A stretch of DNA of 59,501 bases, the filler included, from Porpidia crustulata (Eukaryota), in assembly GCA_964255105.1 (NCBI GenBank). It is 5 parts of 5 records of this genome, joined end to end, with 100 filler letters (N's around TTAATTAATTAA, not from the genome) between each part and the next. Parts side by side here need not be neighbours in the genome. Positions count along the whole stretch, not along the records: positions 35,782 to 47,598 come from CAXUWE010000596.1; 4 more parts are not named here. One strand, 5' to 3'. Below, one piece after another: positions 35,975 through 47,698 of the stretch (the first letter of the stretch is position 1; the number at the start of each line of letters is the position of its first letter). A program made the translations under genes and the position numbers. The notes beneath the pieces were generated by a model. It saw only the letters and a program-made list of their open reading frames with translations. It was not told the origin of the DNA and searched no databases.

Positions 35975-38205
35975 AATTGATACTCCCAAATACTAGACTC
36001 GAATGTCTCCTGCGGATCAGAAGTCAAAGAACAGCCACCCAGGGAAGGGCTGCAAAGAATCGGATCCTGGTATCCCCATGTCTGGTTGAGATACTTTGGC
36101 TGGAAGAAGCCTGTGAATCCCGAATCACTGCCATTAATCACAGACTTCTGGTCGGCCTTGAAGATATTCTGCCAATTCTGCGACCTCTTGGCATATTTCT
36201 CGGCATCTGCAATTTTGCCCAAGCCTTTGGCCATGGTAGATATGCAAAAATCATCGTAAGAATATTCTACTGTTCTGGATATACTCCTGGAGTTGGTACC
36301 GAAACCGAGATAATCGTAATCCTCTGCCGGAATGTAGTTATGGCTCTTCCAACTCTGCAAGCCACCCCTTCCCTCGACCGACCAATCGATCGGCTCGTTT
36401 TCGGCGTCATTGACCACCGCTGCGTACGCCGAGTTCCAGTCGATTCCGGGAAGTTTCTTGACGTACGCGTCGGTGAGTACCACGTCGGCGTTGGAACCTC
36501 CTTGGGTGAATCCCTTGCACAAGCTCATGCGACAGTCTGGGAGCCAACCAAGGTGCTTGTAGGTGTCGATCAAGCTGCGTACCATTCTGGACTGAGCTTC
36601 TGGATCGATTAATGTGAGAAGGGGATGCTGTGCTCGAAATGAATCCCATATACTAGTCATCGTCAGCTCAATAATTGAATGATGGACACTGACAAGCTAA
36701 AAGAATGAAGAGACGATAGCGAGCAAATGGTACGTTAAAGACTGTAAAATATTGAACCTAGAAATGAATGACACAACTGAGATTTGGTATTGAGTGATTG
36801 TGTAATTAGATGTGACAAGCTATAATTCGACCTTAAAAGCTCCTTCAGAGACAATTGAAGTGATGCCACCTACCAATAAAAGGAATCAAAGTACGGCTCC
36901 GTACTCTGCCAAAGAGAATTTTCACCAGTATAATCTTGAGGCGATTGGAAGTTCCTGTAGATACCGCTGTAGAAAATGGTCTGGAGTTCTTCACTCGCTC
37001 CACCAGGCTGAATGGTGACCGGACTGAGCTTCTTCCTCCAAGCATCCTCGGCAGTTCGCTTCACCTTGTCAAACCCAAAGTCTGGTATCTCGTCCTCAGT
37101 ATTGCGACAAGCTTGGGCTGAACTAATGAAGCTGACACCGACTCTAGCTGTGATCGTATTATTGACAGTAGGGGGTTTGAACCTAGCCCACCCTCCACCA
37201 ATCAGATTGAAAAGGTTGACTCCACGGGTGATAAAAATATTCTTGGGCTCCGAGCCTGCTCTATCGTTTACAAAGATACCTGTGTCACGAACCGGAGCAC
37301 CTGAGAAATCGGCACAAAAGTGCAAGACATAATAGCCGCTTCCGAAGCTCGGAAGAAAGGTACCATTGCCTGTCATTCTGGCCGTGTCCGGGTCGACTGT
37401 GATGGTCGCATTCTGACGCGATTCCCAGAGATCGCTCAGATCTAGCAGGATCAAAGGACTCAGGGGGATACCCTCGGCGGGCTCAGGGGGGAACTCGAAG
37501 CGATAAAGGGCAGTATGATTCGAGGCTGTCATCTCGGTTCGTATAGAGCTGTTGAGCGTAATAGCAAAATATCCTGGGCTTGCTCTGAGAGTGCCATTGA
37601 TCGGTTGTATTGCCCTGCGTGCCTTGGGAAAGGCGCAATTGTTGATATCATCATCTCGACACCCAGCCTGGGGGAATATAGGAAAATTTCCTAGCGAAGG
37701 TTGCTCAATACACGAAAGTTATCAGTAATTCTTGAGGTCAAATTGACTGTGCAGTGGATTGTATTCATTTACTGGACACCACATACGGAACCTGTCCCAC
37801 TATCATGCATTGAACTGAAACCAGTAATATTCGATCCGTCTGTACCAAATCCACCAGTGTTTTCGCCGTCGACGTCGGCAACGGCTTTGGCCATCCCTGT
37901 GGAAAATCTCCATCAGCGTGGATGCTTCGTTGATGACTTGACTACCGACATCATACCATAAGGCAAAGATGCACCAGCAAATACATTTCCTAGCCGTCAG
38001 TCAGTCACCTGACGGCCACTGAGCTCTATTTTAATCCAAGATCCTGCTCACCTCCATTATCCGTTCCGATAAGTTGGTTCACGTACGTGAAGACATCAAA
38101 AGCACTGCTATCAGTAGTGACATTGACGCATGCAGTCATTCGACTCAAATCCAGCAGGATGAGTAGGGACCTGGACAGCATCCACAGCGATTTCTTGTTG
38201 AACAT
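35975..38205 (-). CDS. Glycoside hydrolase family 92 alpha-mannosidase, 3' end missing; exons 38205-38052, 37989-37957, 37896-37787, 37703-36874, 36652-35975
   Basis: The spliced product reads YVNQLIGTDNG|GNVFAGASLPY|GMAK...GFSSMHDSGTGS|QPSLGNF...YFDSFYC|IWDSFR...GWLPDCRMS..GFTQGGSNAD...SRTVEYSYDDF...FESSIWEY, all GH92 motifs. Confidence 0.9.
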
Positions 38206-39522
38206 TTTTTATACTTTAGAATTTCTATCCTCGAGCTTCCTGGAGAAACTGATTTGCGGGAATAATGAGAGTGAAAGGTAGGAAAGATTGAATAACAACA
38301 GAGCTGCAGCAGCGGCCATGTGCGTTCCATGTCTCCTGATGTCCTCAATACACTTTACAACCATGTACCTAGCCATGTCAGAATGCGCACAATCGGCACG
38401 CTGAGCGGACATAGTAACAGTAACGACTGCTGGACTGACATCCTTCCTTTCTTCATCTAGCTCTGAAGAGAATACGGAAGGTACAACTTGTAATACTGAA
38501 AGCAAGTTGACTCAGAGGGCTTGATTGCGATGGAATTGAGGGGCTAGGTAGGTAACGTGAGCTGCGTCGTGTAACCGTGACCTCAGCCTGCAGGACAACT
38601 TCGAAATTCTGTTACGATCTCTGTCTTCCCGATTCGAATGAGAGATGGTCAGACTCGGACATGTCTAGATAAGATGATTGTTGTTATAATTATTGCAATC
38701 CATATATAGCAGTCGGAATTGTTTCATGATCAGAGGCCGTTGACGATAATTCGAGTGGAATAAACGGACCGATAGCAAGGCCCGGTTGTGTCTGCCGAAC
38801 CCAAGAGATTTCCCACTGCATCACATCATCAAGATTCGGCTTGGCGTGGTCCGTAGTATCTATCATTGATCATCTACCTTATTAATTTATTATTATTTCA
38901 TTCGTACAATTCCAGGCCTTGTTCTTTACACTCGAACACCACTCACTCAGCGTGTGAGCGTCAAGATGGCGACGGTCGCTTGTACAGGCAGTGAGCCTCG
39001 TGAAGAGTCTGAAGAGCCCGAAGATAATAATATCCCCGGAAATTGATGATCCTGTCTCTCGCTTGCTTCCCACTGTCCCACTGAGCCTTCTAGCGGCTCT
39101 TTAGTACGAATGGACAAACGGGATGGCAGATTTATCAGAAGTCGGGGAACAACGCAATTGGCAGGATTAGTCGGCTTAAACGTCGTTCGGTACCTTCCTG
39201 CATCTTTTATGCCCCATCTCGACCAGCCCATTAGTGATCTAGGGCTGGGTGGTGGTGCGTCTTACCCCGAATGAGACACAATGCGGGGAAATAGTGTTCA
39301 TCTGGCGGTTTCCCAGGCTCGTCAGGCACTTAAGCTCCTGGCTAGCAAGAGACCAATCTCTCCTCGAGGGCGATGACGAGATGGGAGCTCTGGGTAGCTT
39401 CCCGTGTGGAGGTCGTGGAGATGGTTGTTAGGTAAAAAAGTACATAAACAAGGCTCTTTCCTCTCGGGCAAGAGCCTCTATTTCACTTTCCAGCTCCGGT
39501 ACTGTAATTGTCACAAGTCAAG

Positions 39523-41431
39523 ATGTTCTTCCAATCTTTGGCTTTGGCAGCTTTTGCCCTCGTGTCCACCGCTACAGCTCAGACCGCCGCCTCTTCATAT
39601 GTTGAACCTGATGTCCCTACTGGCAAACCTATCGCCGGAGACTACTCCGGCCCTCTCCGTCCACAGATTCATTATAGTCCACCCAAAGATTTTATGGTAA
39701 ATTGAGAGTTCTTCTATGTTAACCCAAGATATCTGTGAGGACATGATGTCAGCCATTGAAAGTTTCTATGTTTTTTGTCAAGCGTCGTTGAAGAGAAATA
39801 TAAAGTACTAAGATTCTGGCTTAGAACGATCCCAATGGACTTTTCTTGGACGCCAATGGAACTTACCATCTCTACTACCAATGTAATTACTGCCCTTTCT
39901 CAAAGCATACATGGGACTAAGACCAATGGCCAGACAACCCTACCGATATAGTGGCCGGGAACCAACATTGGGGGCATGCCACTTCTAAAGATTTGTACCA
40001 TTGGGAAAATCAGCAGATAGCCATCTTTCCTGGCGCGAAAGGCGAAGGGATCTTCTCCGGTTCTGCTGTCATTGACGTGAACAACACGAGCGGCTTCTTC
40101 CCCAATCAGAAGGACGGCGTCGTTGCCATTTACACCCTGAACACCGATAAAGAGGAAGTGCAAGATATTGCATATTCCAAAGATGGTGGTTACACCTTTA
40201 CCAAGTATGACAAGAATCCCGTCATCTCGATCAATTCAACTCAATTCAGAGATCCCAAGGTATTTGTTCATACTATGCAATCGCTTGAAAAAACCCGCTG
40301 ACGATTTAGGTGATCTGGTATGCCCCGACCCAGAAGTGGGTGATGGTCGTTTCCTACGCCCAAGAATTCGTCATTGGCATCTACACCTCCCCCAATCTCA
40401 AAGAGTGGACCCACGCATCCAACTTTAGCCATCACGGTCTCCTGGGTCTGCAATACGAATGTCCTAATCTCCTCGCGATGCCGATGATCAAGAACGCCTC
40501 CATCGCCTCGCCCTTGGACGCGTCTAACTTCGCCTCGACCGACTCCATGTATGTCCTGAGTATCAGCATCAACCCGGGGGCTCCCCTCGGCGGCTCCATT
40601 ACGCAGTATTTCCCCGGTACCTTCAACGGCACCCACTTCACCACGGTCGACGCGGCCACGCGCCTTACCGACTTCGCCAAAGACAATTACGCCGGCCAGT
40701 TCTTTTACAACATCCCGATCACCAAACCTCAGGTCTCTATCGCCTGGGCCTCGAACTGGGAATACTCTCAGCAGGTCCCTACAGGCCCCCTCGAAAACTA
40801 CCGATCCTCCATGACCCTACCGCGCCTCAACGTCCTCGCTAACACCACCCGCGGTCCTTACACCCTCCTTCAACTCCCCTACGACCTCTCTCCCCTCGCG
40901 CCTCCCCTCGCCCACACCGATGCCCTCGCAAATTCGTCCGTGCTGCTCGACTACACCCACACCGTGCCCTCCCGCGCCCTTAGCTTCAACCTAACCGTCT
41001 CCAATATTCCCCTCGCCAACACCACTGGCACGGCCAATTTCACCTTCTCTTCCTCGTACACCGGCGAGTCCGTCCGTGGCGGCTTCTTCCTTGGCGGTGA
41101 CGCGCCTTTCTTCCTGAATCGCGGTAATGTCAATGGCTTCGACAAGACCAACCCTTTCTTCACCGACAAGTTCAGTGTCACAAATCTCGTCAACACCGAT
41201 ACCCGCGCCTTTCATCTGACCGTCGTGTTCGACCGCAGCATTCTCGAGGTTTTTGTTGACAATGGGTTGCGGTGCGGTACCATGACCTTTTTCCCGGAGG
41301 GCGAGCTGGATACATTGACAGTGGCAACGGCAGGGCTAAACCCGGGGGTGGCGGCGAGTGTGGATGTGTATGGGTTGAAGAGTACGTGGGGGGCGACGAA
41401 CGGGACGATGGGCGCGATGAGGATGTTTTAG
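39523..41431 (+). CDS. Secreted GH32 beta-fructofuranosidase (invertase/inulinase); exons 39523-39696, 39825-39882, 39934-40259, 40310-41431
   Basis: Signal peptide and the catalytic motifs [25 protein letters not shown] and YECP, followed by a C-terminal beta-sandwich with DRSILEVF. Confidence 0.95.
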
Positions 41432-42317
41432 GTGATGAGCAATGATAATGTTGGATATGTGAGGTCCTAGGTGATTGACGATACGTGTACATAAGGAAGA
41501 AAAATAGAAAAATGTGTCTATCTGCAAGACCACATCTCACAAGTCACGCATAGACGGGCTTAAATTTTAATATTATTTGGAGAAGTCATATTATGACTCT
41601 ATTAAGGAATTTCGGGGTAGGTGATTTGCTTGTTTCTATCAAACGTCACGTGGAAGAGCTTGCCTGTGAGGTATGCTTCGGGACTTCGTTCAGGGGCGAG
41701 AATCAAATGACAAAAGCCAACAGGCGCCGTAGGTCTATTCCGTGTCGAATTGCTAGATGAACAGGGTATAGATATGCCGGAATATAAGGCTGATGGGTCC
41801 ATAGCCTGAAAGGTGAGAGGGTGCAGATGTCAGGAAAGGGTTGTGAATTTGGCAAACGCGATGGTCATGATGGTTTATGTCTCTACTTTCAAATCCACGA
41901 TATCAATGTAGTCACTTCTTGCAGCCTTTTTGATCAGCAGTATGCGTGCTCCGTCTGCTAATGTAAAGACCTCCATTCTGTCTTCATTACTTGATGGAAC
42001 AGAAATGCTCGTTGCGGAGAGAGGGCCGCAACCTCCCCGCCGGTTGAAGCTACTCCGAAATCTGTCTAGCGCGAGCCGTGCCCGTTGAGGACTTGTGAAG
42101 TGGCCTGAACTTGACGCAGTATTTTGTTGCGTTAATATTTAATAGTTCCAGGAGAATTGTCGTCTCAATGTCGTCAACCTTGTACCCCACACTCCTTGCC
42201 ATTGCATAGCATCTGTCTGAACGTTGAAAACGCTCAGCGAGCGAAGCGCACTTTCACAGTAACACGGAGTATCCAGTCCGTGGACTGCATTGCTACACAT
42301 CTGCTGCCTCTACCATT

Positions 42318-43801
42318 ATGCCTGCAAAATCTCGGTTCATTCGGTTGGATGCTTTTACAAAAACTGTAGAAGATGCGCGGGTACGGACTACGTCCGGGGG
42401 AGTTGTTACGATAGCTTCACTGCTGATTGTACTATATCTGGTATGGGGAGAATGGTCAGATTATCGGCGGGTGGTTGTTCACCCAGAACTGATAGTCGAC
42501 AAAGGGAGAGGTAGATTGTAGGGATGAATTGTGTAAAGGGAACAAATGCTGATGGTTCTACAGGCGAGAAAATGGAAATCCACCTGAACATCTCTTTCCC
42601 TCGAGTACCATGCGAGCTGCTGACATTGGATGTGATGGATGTGTCTGGCGAGCAGCAGACAGGGGTCAAACATGGAATAAGAAAGGTCCAACTGGCCCCG
42701 GTGAAGGATGGCGGTGGAGTTCTTGACGCCAGCGCCATGCAGCTGTAAGTATAATGTCTGCAGTCACCTTTGACAGGTTTCTTATGTCTCTCAGGCACGG
42801 GGAAGAATCTGCCCACCATTTAGACCCCACATATTGTGGTGGATGTTACGGTGCCATAGCGCCAGCCACCGCTCAAAAAGAAGGCTGCTGTAATACTTGT
42901 GACGAAGTACGCGAAGCATACGCTGCAAAATCATGGGCTTTCGGACGAGGAGAAAACGTGGAACAATGCGAATGGGAACATTACTCGGAAAAGCTGGATC
43001 AGCAGCGGGAGCAAGGTTGTCGGATAGAAGGTGGTTTCAGGGTGAACAAAGTGATTGGCAATTTTCATATTGCGCCAGGACGAAGTTTCAGCAACGGCCA
43101 CATGCATGTACATGATCTGAACAATTATCTCGATACCCCCGCTGAACATGCCCATACCTTTTCGCACAAGATACACTCTTTGAGATTTGGACCACAGTTA
43201 CCAGAAGGCATGGCCAAAAAGCTTGTTGGCAAGGCTACGCCCTTGGACAATCACCATCTCAACCCTCTCGACGAGACGGATCAATACACCGACGATCCAG
43301 CGTTCAACTACATGTACTTTGTCAAAGTGGTTTCCACGTCCTATTTGCCGCTTGGGCGAAAACCAAAATCGATTAATAAAGGTGGCCAAGAATCGCTGCC
43401 AGACGACGGGGTCTTCATCGGTGGATATGGTCTAGGCAAGGATGGGAGTCTAGAAACGCATCAATACTCAGTAACAAGCCACAAGAGAAGCTTGAACGGA
43501 GGATCGGATTCGGCAGAGGGGCACAAGGAGAGATTACACGCAAGGTGAGAATGATCGTGGAGCTGTGATGAAACCGAAAGCTGACAACTCGACCCAAATT
43601 AGTGGCGGGATCCCAGGTGTCTTTTTTAGTTACGATATATCGCCAATGAAGGTGATCAACAAAGAGGAGCGAACGAAGACGTTCTCCGGCTTCCTAACCG
43701 GGGTTTGCGCCGTAATAGGGGGAACCTTAACCGTCGCGGCCGCCATTGATCGAGGGGTGTACGAAGGGGCGACGAGGCTGAAGAAACTACATCAGCGATG
43801 A
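42318..43801 (+). CDS. ERV46: ER-Golgi vesicle protein Erv46/ERGIC3; exons 42318-42510, 42564-42744, 42795-43544, 43603-43801
   Basis: LDAFTKTVED, CGGCYGA, CCNTCDEVREAY, VNKVIGNFHIAPG and PGVFFSYDISPM, with two TM segments. Confidence 0.95.
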
Positions 43802-43978
43802 AACCTGGTTCTTCTGTAATATATTCGGGCCCTTTTTCAAAATCTCCAAGCAATCTCACATGCATAGTTGGATTCAGACTTTCAGATAAGCTGTACAATT
43901 TGGACACGCAATGGGTAAGGTATGATTATTTCTATTTCCCTGTAATATCTGCTCGCGCTTCGGCATTTTCGTCTTTCA

Positions 43979-45061
43979 TCAAGCATTCCCTGCTGCACTG
44001 ATTACCGAACTTGAGTGTTTCTCAAGATCAGCCCCAACCGCACGCTCAAGCACCCGCACAAAGACTTTGCGCTTTTTCTCTTCCTCGTCTTTTGCCTCGA
44101 TGCCTTTAGCATCAAGCTGGTCCCAGTGTTCATCCAGCAGTTGCTTCAGTCCATGCTGGTCATTCGGAAGTCCAAGCTCCTTCAGGGCGGAAAGGGTCCG
44201 CTTATCCGCAAAGGGGTACGATGCGGGCCAGACTCCCTGTATTCTTCGAAAGAAGATGTCGAGGCCGGTATCGCCGAGCCCTTTGATGTTCTTTTTGAGC
44301 ATTTGCCTCTCCTGTTTAGGAATTAGCGGCAGGGTGCTATTGAACTTCATCAGAAGAGCAACTCTTACCTTGTCGACGTCGTGATTCGACTCCCTCCTCA
44401 CTTTCTCTAGACTCACATCTTCAGCATCGTCCCCCAGTGTCTCTGCAACAGCTTCCGCCATCATGACCAACTCGTCCGCCGTCTTCTGCCTATGTTGCGT
44501 CTTCGCCTCATCCAACGCCAATCTGCACTCTTCCTTACCCATATCCAGGATCCGCTTCGGCGTCGACATATTCCACGGCTCATTGAGAATTGTCCTGATC
44601 GACCGCAACCCCAGCGCATGACTGATCGGACGGCTCAGAATCACGGCGCAAAGCAATTCTTCGAAAGGGCTGAAGTCGGAGGACGAGTAGGTTCGCGTGT
44701 CGGGGCCGCGGGTCTTGAGATCCTCGATTTCGTCTTTTGGCCGGCATAGGTCGAGCGAGGCCGGAGAGAGAAGGAATTGAAGCATTTTCAAAGGGCCGGC
44801 GGAGGGTTGCTGAGCGCCGCGGGCGGAACGGCGTGGCGCTTTCGAGGGCTCATCGCTGGTCTGGGCTTTTCGCTTCGAAGGGACTTTGGATGGAGGATTC
44901 TTGGCTTTTTCGGCAGTCTTGGACGTGCTTATTTTCACTGGCGCATCCTTGGGTTCAGGAGCTTTGGTTTCGGCCTCTTGCTTTGTTGGCTTGGACTTTG
45001 CGCCCGGATCGGTTGCGCCAGCAGGATGCGATTTAGTGGTCGCAGATTTCTTCGGAGGCAT
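43979..45061 (-). CDS. Hypothetical protein with basic disordered N-terminus and helix-hairpin-helix (EndoIII/HhH-GPD-like) core; probable intron 44368-44312
   Basis: 360-codon ORF with PFEELLCAVILSRPIS, TP, the HhH-like IKGLGDTGLDIFFRRIQGVWP and YPFADKRTL..LGLP. It contains an internal 57-nt GTAAGA..GCTAAT..CAG segment. Confidence 0.7.
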   Translation of the reverse strand: MPPKKSATTKSHPAGATDPGAKSKPTKQEAETKAPEPKDAPVKISTSKTAEKAKNPPSKVPSKRKAQTSDEPSKAPRRSARGAQQPSAGPLKMLQFLLSPASLDLCRPKDEIEDLKTRGPDTRTYSSSDFSPFEELLCAVILSRPISHALGLRSIRTILNEPWNMSTPKRILDMGKEECRLALDEAKTQHRQKTADELVMMAEAVAETLGDDAEDVSLEKVRRESNHDVDKVRVALLMKFNSTLPLIPKQERQMLKKNIKGLGDTGLDIFFRRIQGVWPASYPFADKRTLSALKELGLPNDQHGLKQLLDEHWDQLDAKGIEAKDEEEKKRKVFVRVLERAVGADLEKHSSSVISAAGNA

Positions 45062-45486
45062 TTCGCGCGGCAGGGCTAGTGATGTAGATATATTCGTTGT
45101 TGTGAGAGATCAGGAAGCGATATGGCCAGTACGGCCATTTTCTCCTTGATCATGGTTCCTGACGTGCCTGACATGAGATCATCGTCACGTCGATCTCCCG
45201 TGCGTCGGACCAACTTTATAGCTCGTTGCGGATGTTTCGCGTCAATTGGCTTCAGCTTCCCCACAACGACTCCAAGAGCAGCCCTCTCTGGGACCAGATA
45301 GCCTCTCCTGTCTCGACTTCTCATATTTACTTCTACAACGTACGAGTCTCTCATCACTCATAGGTATATTCCAGGAGAAGTTATCGACAGCGGTAATTTG
45401 CGTATACAAATACCCGTCTCGTTAAATATAAAAGCGTCAACGTTAAGATTGTGTCACTGCACCTTTGCAGGTACCCGCACCCAAAA

Positions 45487-46985
45487 ATGACAACCTCACC
45501 GACTAAGCATGTTCCGCATCTCCCTCCCCCTGCTTCAAATGCTCCGGCTCATCATTTGAGTTCACCGCGGAGTACCCCAAGGCTTCGGAAGCTACAGTCA
45601 GCACATTCACTCTCGTCCAACTACGCAGCTATGAATGGGCCGTCTTTGATATCACAGCAACGTCAACAGCAGCAACGTAACGTCAGCACGTCACATCATT
45701 CAAACCATACAGCATCGTCGCAGACACCGCAAATACCTCCGCTACCATTGTCACACTCCCACATCCGTGCTCGATCGAACAGCGATTTACTCAATTCTTC
45801 AAATTTTGTGGCGACGGCGAAACGAAACCCGCCCATAAAGAAGATGAGTTCTTTCGCTCCTCCGGTGGACGCGCATGAGATAGATACAATTGTACGCCAA
45901 GGTCCTCGGGGAGACCTCTCAGGCAAGCTCAATCGCCTTCGGCATCTTATCCTTGTGGATGGGCTAGAATCAGACGGTGATGGAATGGTGAGATTTTTGC
46001 TTCGAGATTTATCACTATCACTAACGGCTGCATAGTCTCAGCTGCGGATCTATATTTGGCTGATACTACTCAATGCCCCACCACTCTCGACCGACACCTA
46101 CCTGGATCTCATCCATCGTGGACCTTCACCTGCCTACTCGAAAATTCGCAACGATACTTTCCGCACCCTGGCCACAGATCCTCTCTTTAAGCGCCGAGTC
46201 AGCGAAGCCTCTTTAATCCGGCTCCTAAATGCCGTAGCGTGGCGGCTTCACGACGCAAAGATGGAACGGATGACCGAGTCGGGTAGAATCACAAACGCAG
46301 CCACGGAGCTTGGCAGTCCGGAGCTACAACATGCTTCACCCGTCATCAAACACGCGCAGGGGCCTCCGACGACAACGACCGAGGGCTCCGAAGCAGGCGG
46401 GTCGGGGCCAGGAATCTACGTCCAGGGCATGAATGTACTTTGCGCTCCCTTCCTGTACGCTGCCCGAAGCGAAGCCGAAGCGTTCGTTGCATTCCACCGT
46501 TTCATCACCAAAGAATGCCCTGGATACGTTCGAGGGGCCATGGATGGTGTCCATAAAGGCCTAGGCATGGTCGACAAATGCCTAGCCATTGTGGATCCGA
46601 GGCTTTCTGGATACCTGCATTCGAAAGGTATGACGGCGGAGATTTATGCCTTTGCGTCGGTGCTGACCATGTGCGCTTGTACGCCTCCGCTGCCGGAAGT
46701 TCTTGTGCTTTGGGATTTCCTGTTTGCGTATGGTCCTCATCTCAATATCTTATGTATCTGCGCTCAACTATTGATCATGAAAGACACTCTGTTAGCGAGT
46801 CCCAGGTAAGTCTCTTGAATCCGATACATTGCACTACTAAGATATGATAATGCTACAATAGTCCCACTAAGATTCTGAGATCATTCCCTCCTCTACAGGC
46901 AAAGAGAGTCATTGAACTGGCCGTCGGTATGGTCAGAAGGATCCCTGTCGATCTCTACGAGGAGCTTGTGCACCACGCGGATTGA
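45487..46985 (+). CDS. BUB2: Mitotic exit/septation GAP Bub2/Cdc16 (TBC domain); exons 45487-45987, 46036-46805, 46862-46985
   Basis: LRIYIWLILL, KIRNDTFRT (IxxDxxR arginine finger), YVQGMN (glutamine finger), YAFASVLTMCACTPPL, LWDFLFAYGPHLN and LRSFPPL. Confidence 0.93.
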
Positions 46986-47542
46986 AAGTTCTTGCCTGGC
47001 AAAGATCGTTTCGACCATCCATCTATTGCGATCCTTCGAATGTTTCGGCAGCTCTTGGAAAGCGCTTTGCAAAAGTCCAAAGGTAAAGTCAACTTACTCC
47101 ACAATCGGCACATTTTATTGCTCACTTCGATAGCCATATCTGGAACGGCCAAGAATCTGAAATCAATTCGCAAGCCTCGACACGTAAGAATTGCCCAAAA
47201 GCTCCAACGAAGCTCGCCCATCTTCAAACTACACTTCCAAGCATCCAACGCAGGCAGCCGTACCTCCAACACCCGTTCTGGAAACTCAGCATATCCCAAA
47301 ATCCTCATGCCCAACATCGACACCACACCAGAAACCTAACGCCCAACATCCAAAACCCACCCCACCCTCCAACTCCTCCGCGAACACGTCCATATCTCAA
47401 CCGTGCTCAGACCGTCTGCTCGATACCTTCTCCTTCCGCTTAAGAAGAATCATGCGTACTCACGACCAGCCACCAAACACCTAACTATTTCCTACCATAC
47501 AAAAACCGGGAAGCATCTAAGAATAAAACCTTATCTCTCTTT

Positions 47543-47543
<1 letters not shown>

Positions 47544-47590
<47 letters not shown>

Positions 47591-47598
47591 CGGGGGGG
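47544..47598. repeat. Poly-G tract at contig end (probably an assembly or sequencing artefact)
   Basis: About 55 nt of G with a single C, directly abutting the N spacer. Confidence 0.8.
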
Positions 47599-47698
47599 NN
47601 NNNNNNNNNNNNNNNNNNNNNNNNNNNNNNNNNNNNNNNNNNTTAATTAATTAANNNNNNNNNNNNNNNNNNNNNNNNNNNNNNNNNNNNNNNNNNNN
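47599..47698. other. Artificial contig spacer (44 N + TTAATTAATTAA + 44 N)
   Basis: Same 100-nt structure as the other spacers. Confidence 0.98.

Noticed and set aside
36653..36873. 221-nt GH92 intron as a possible nested intron or microexon carrier
   Set aside because: Single-step splicing already restores the conserved FYC-IWD motif, and no convincing internal donor/branch/acceptor set was found.
39280..39425. CreA-like SYGGRG sites upstream of the invertase
   Set aside because: A short degenerate hexamer is expected often by chance and cannot be supported without conservation data.
47403..47654. ORF ending in poly-Gly, or a G-quadruplex element
   Set aside because: It derives from the terminal poly-G run abutting the gap and is most likely an artefact.
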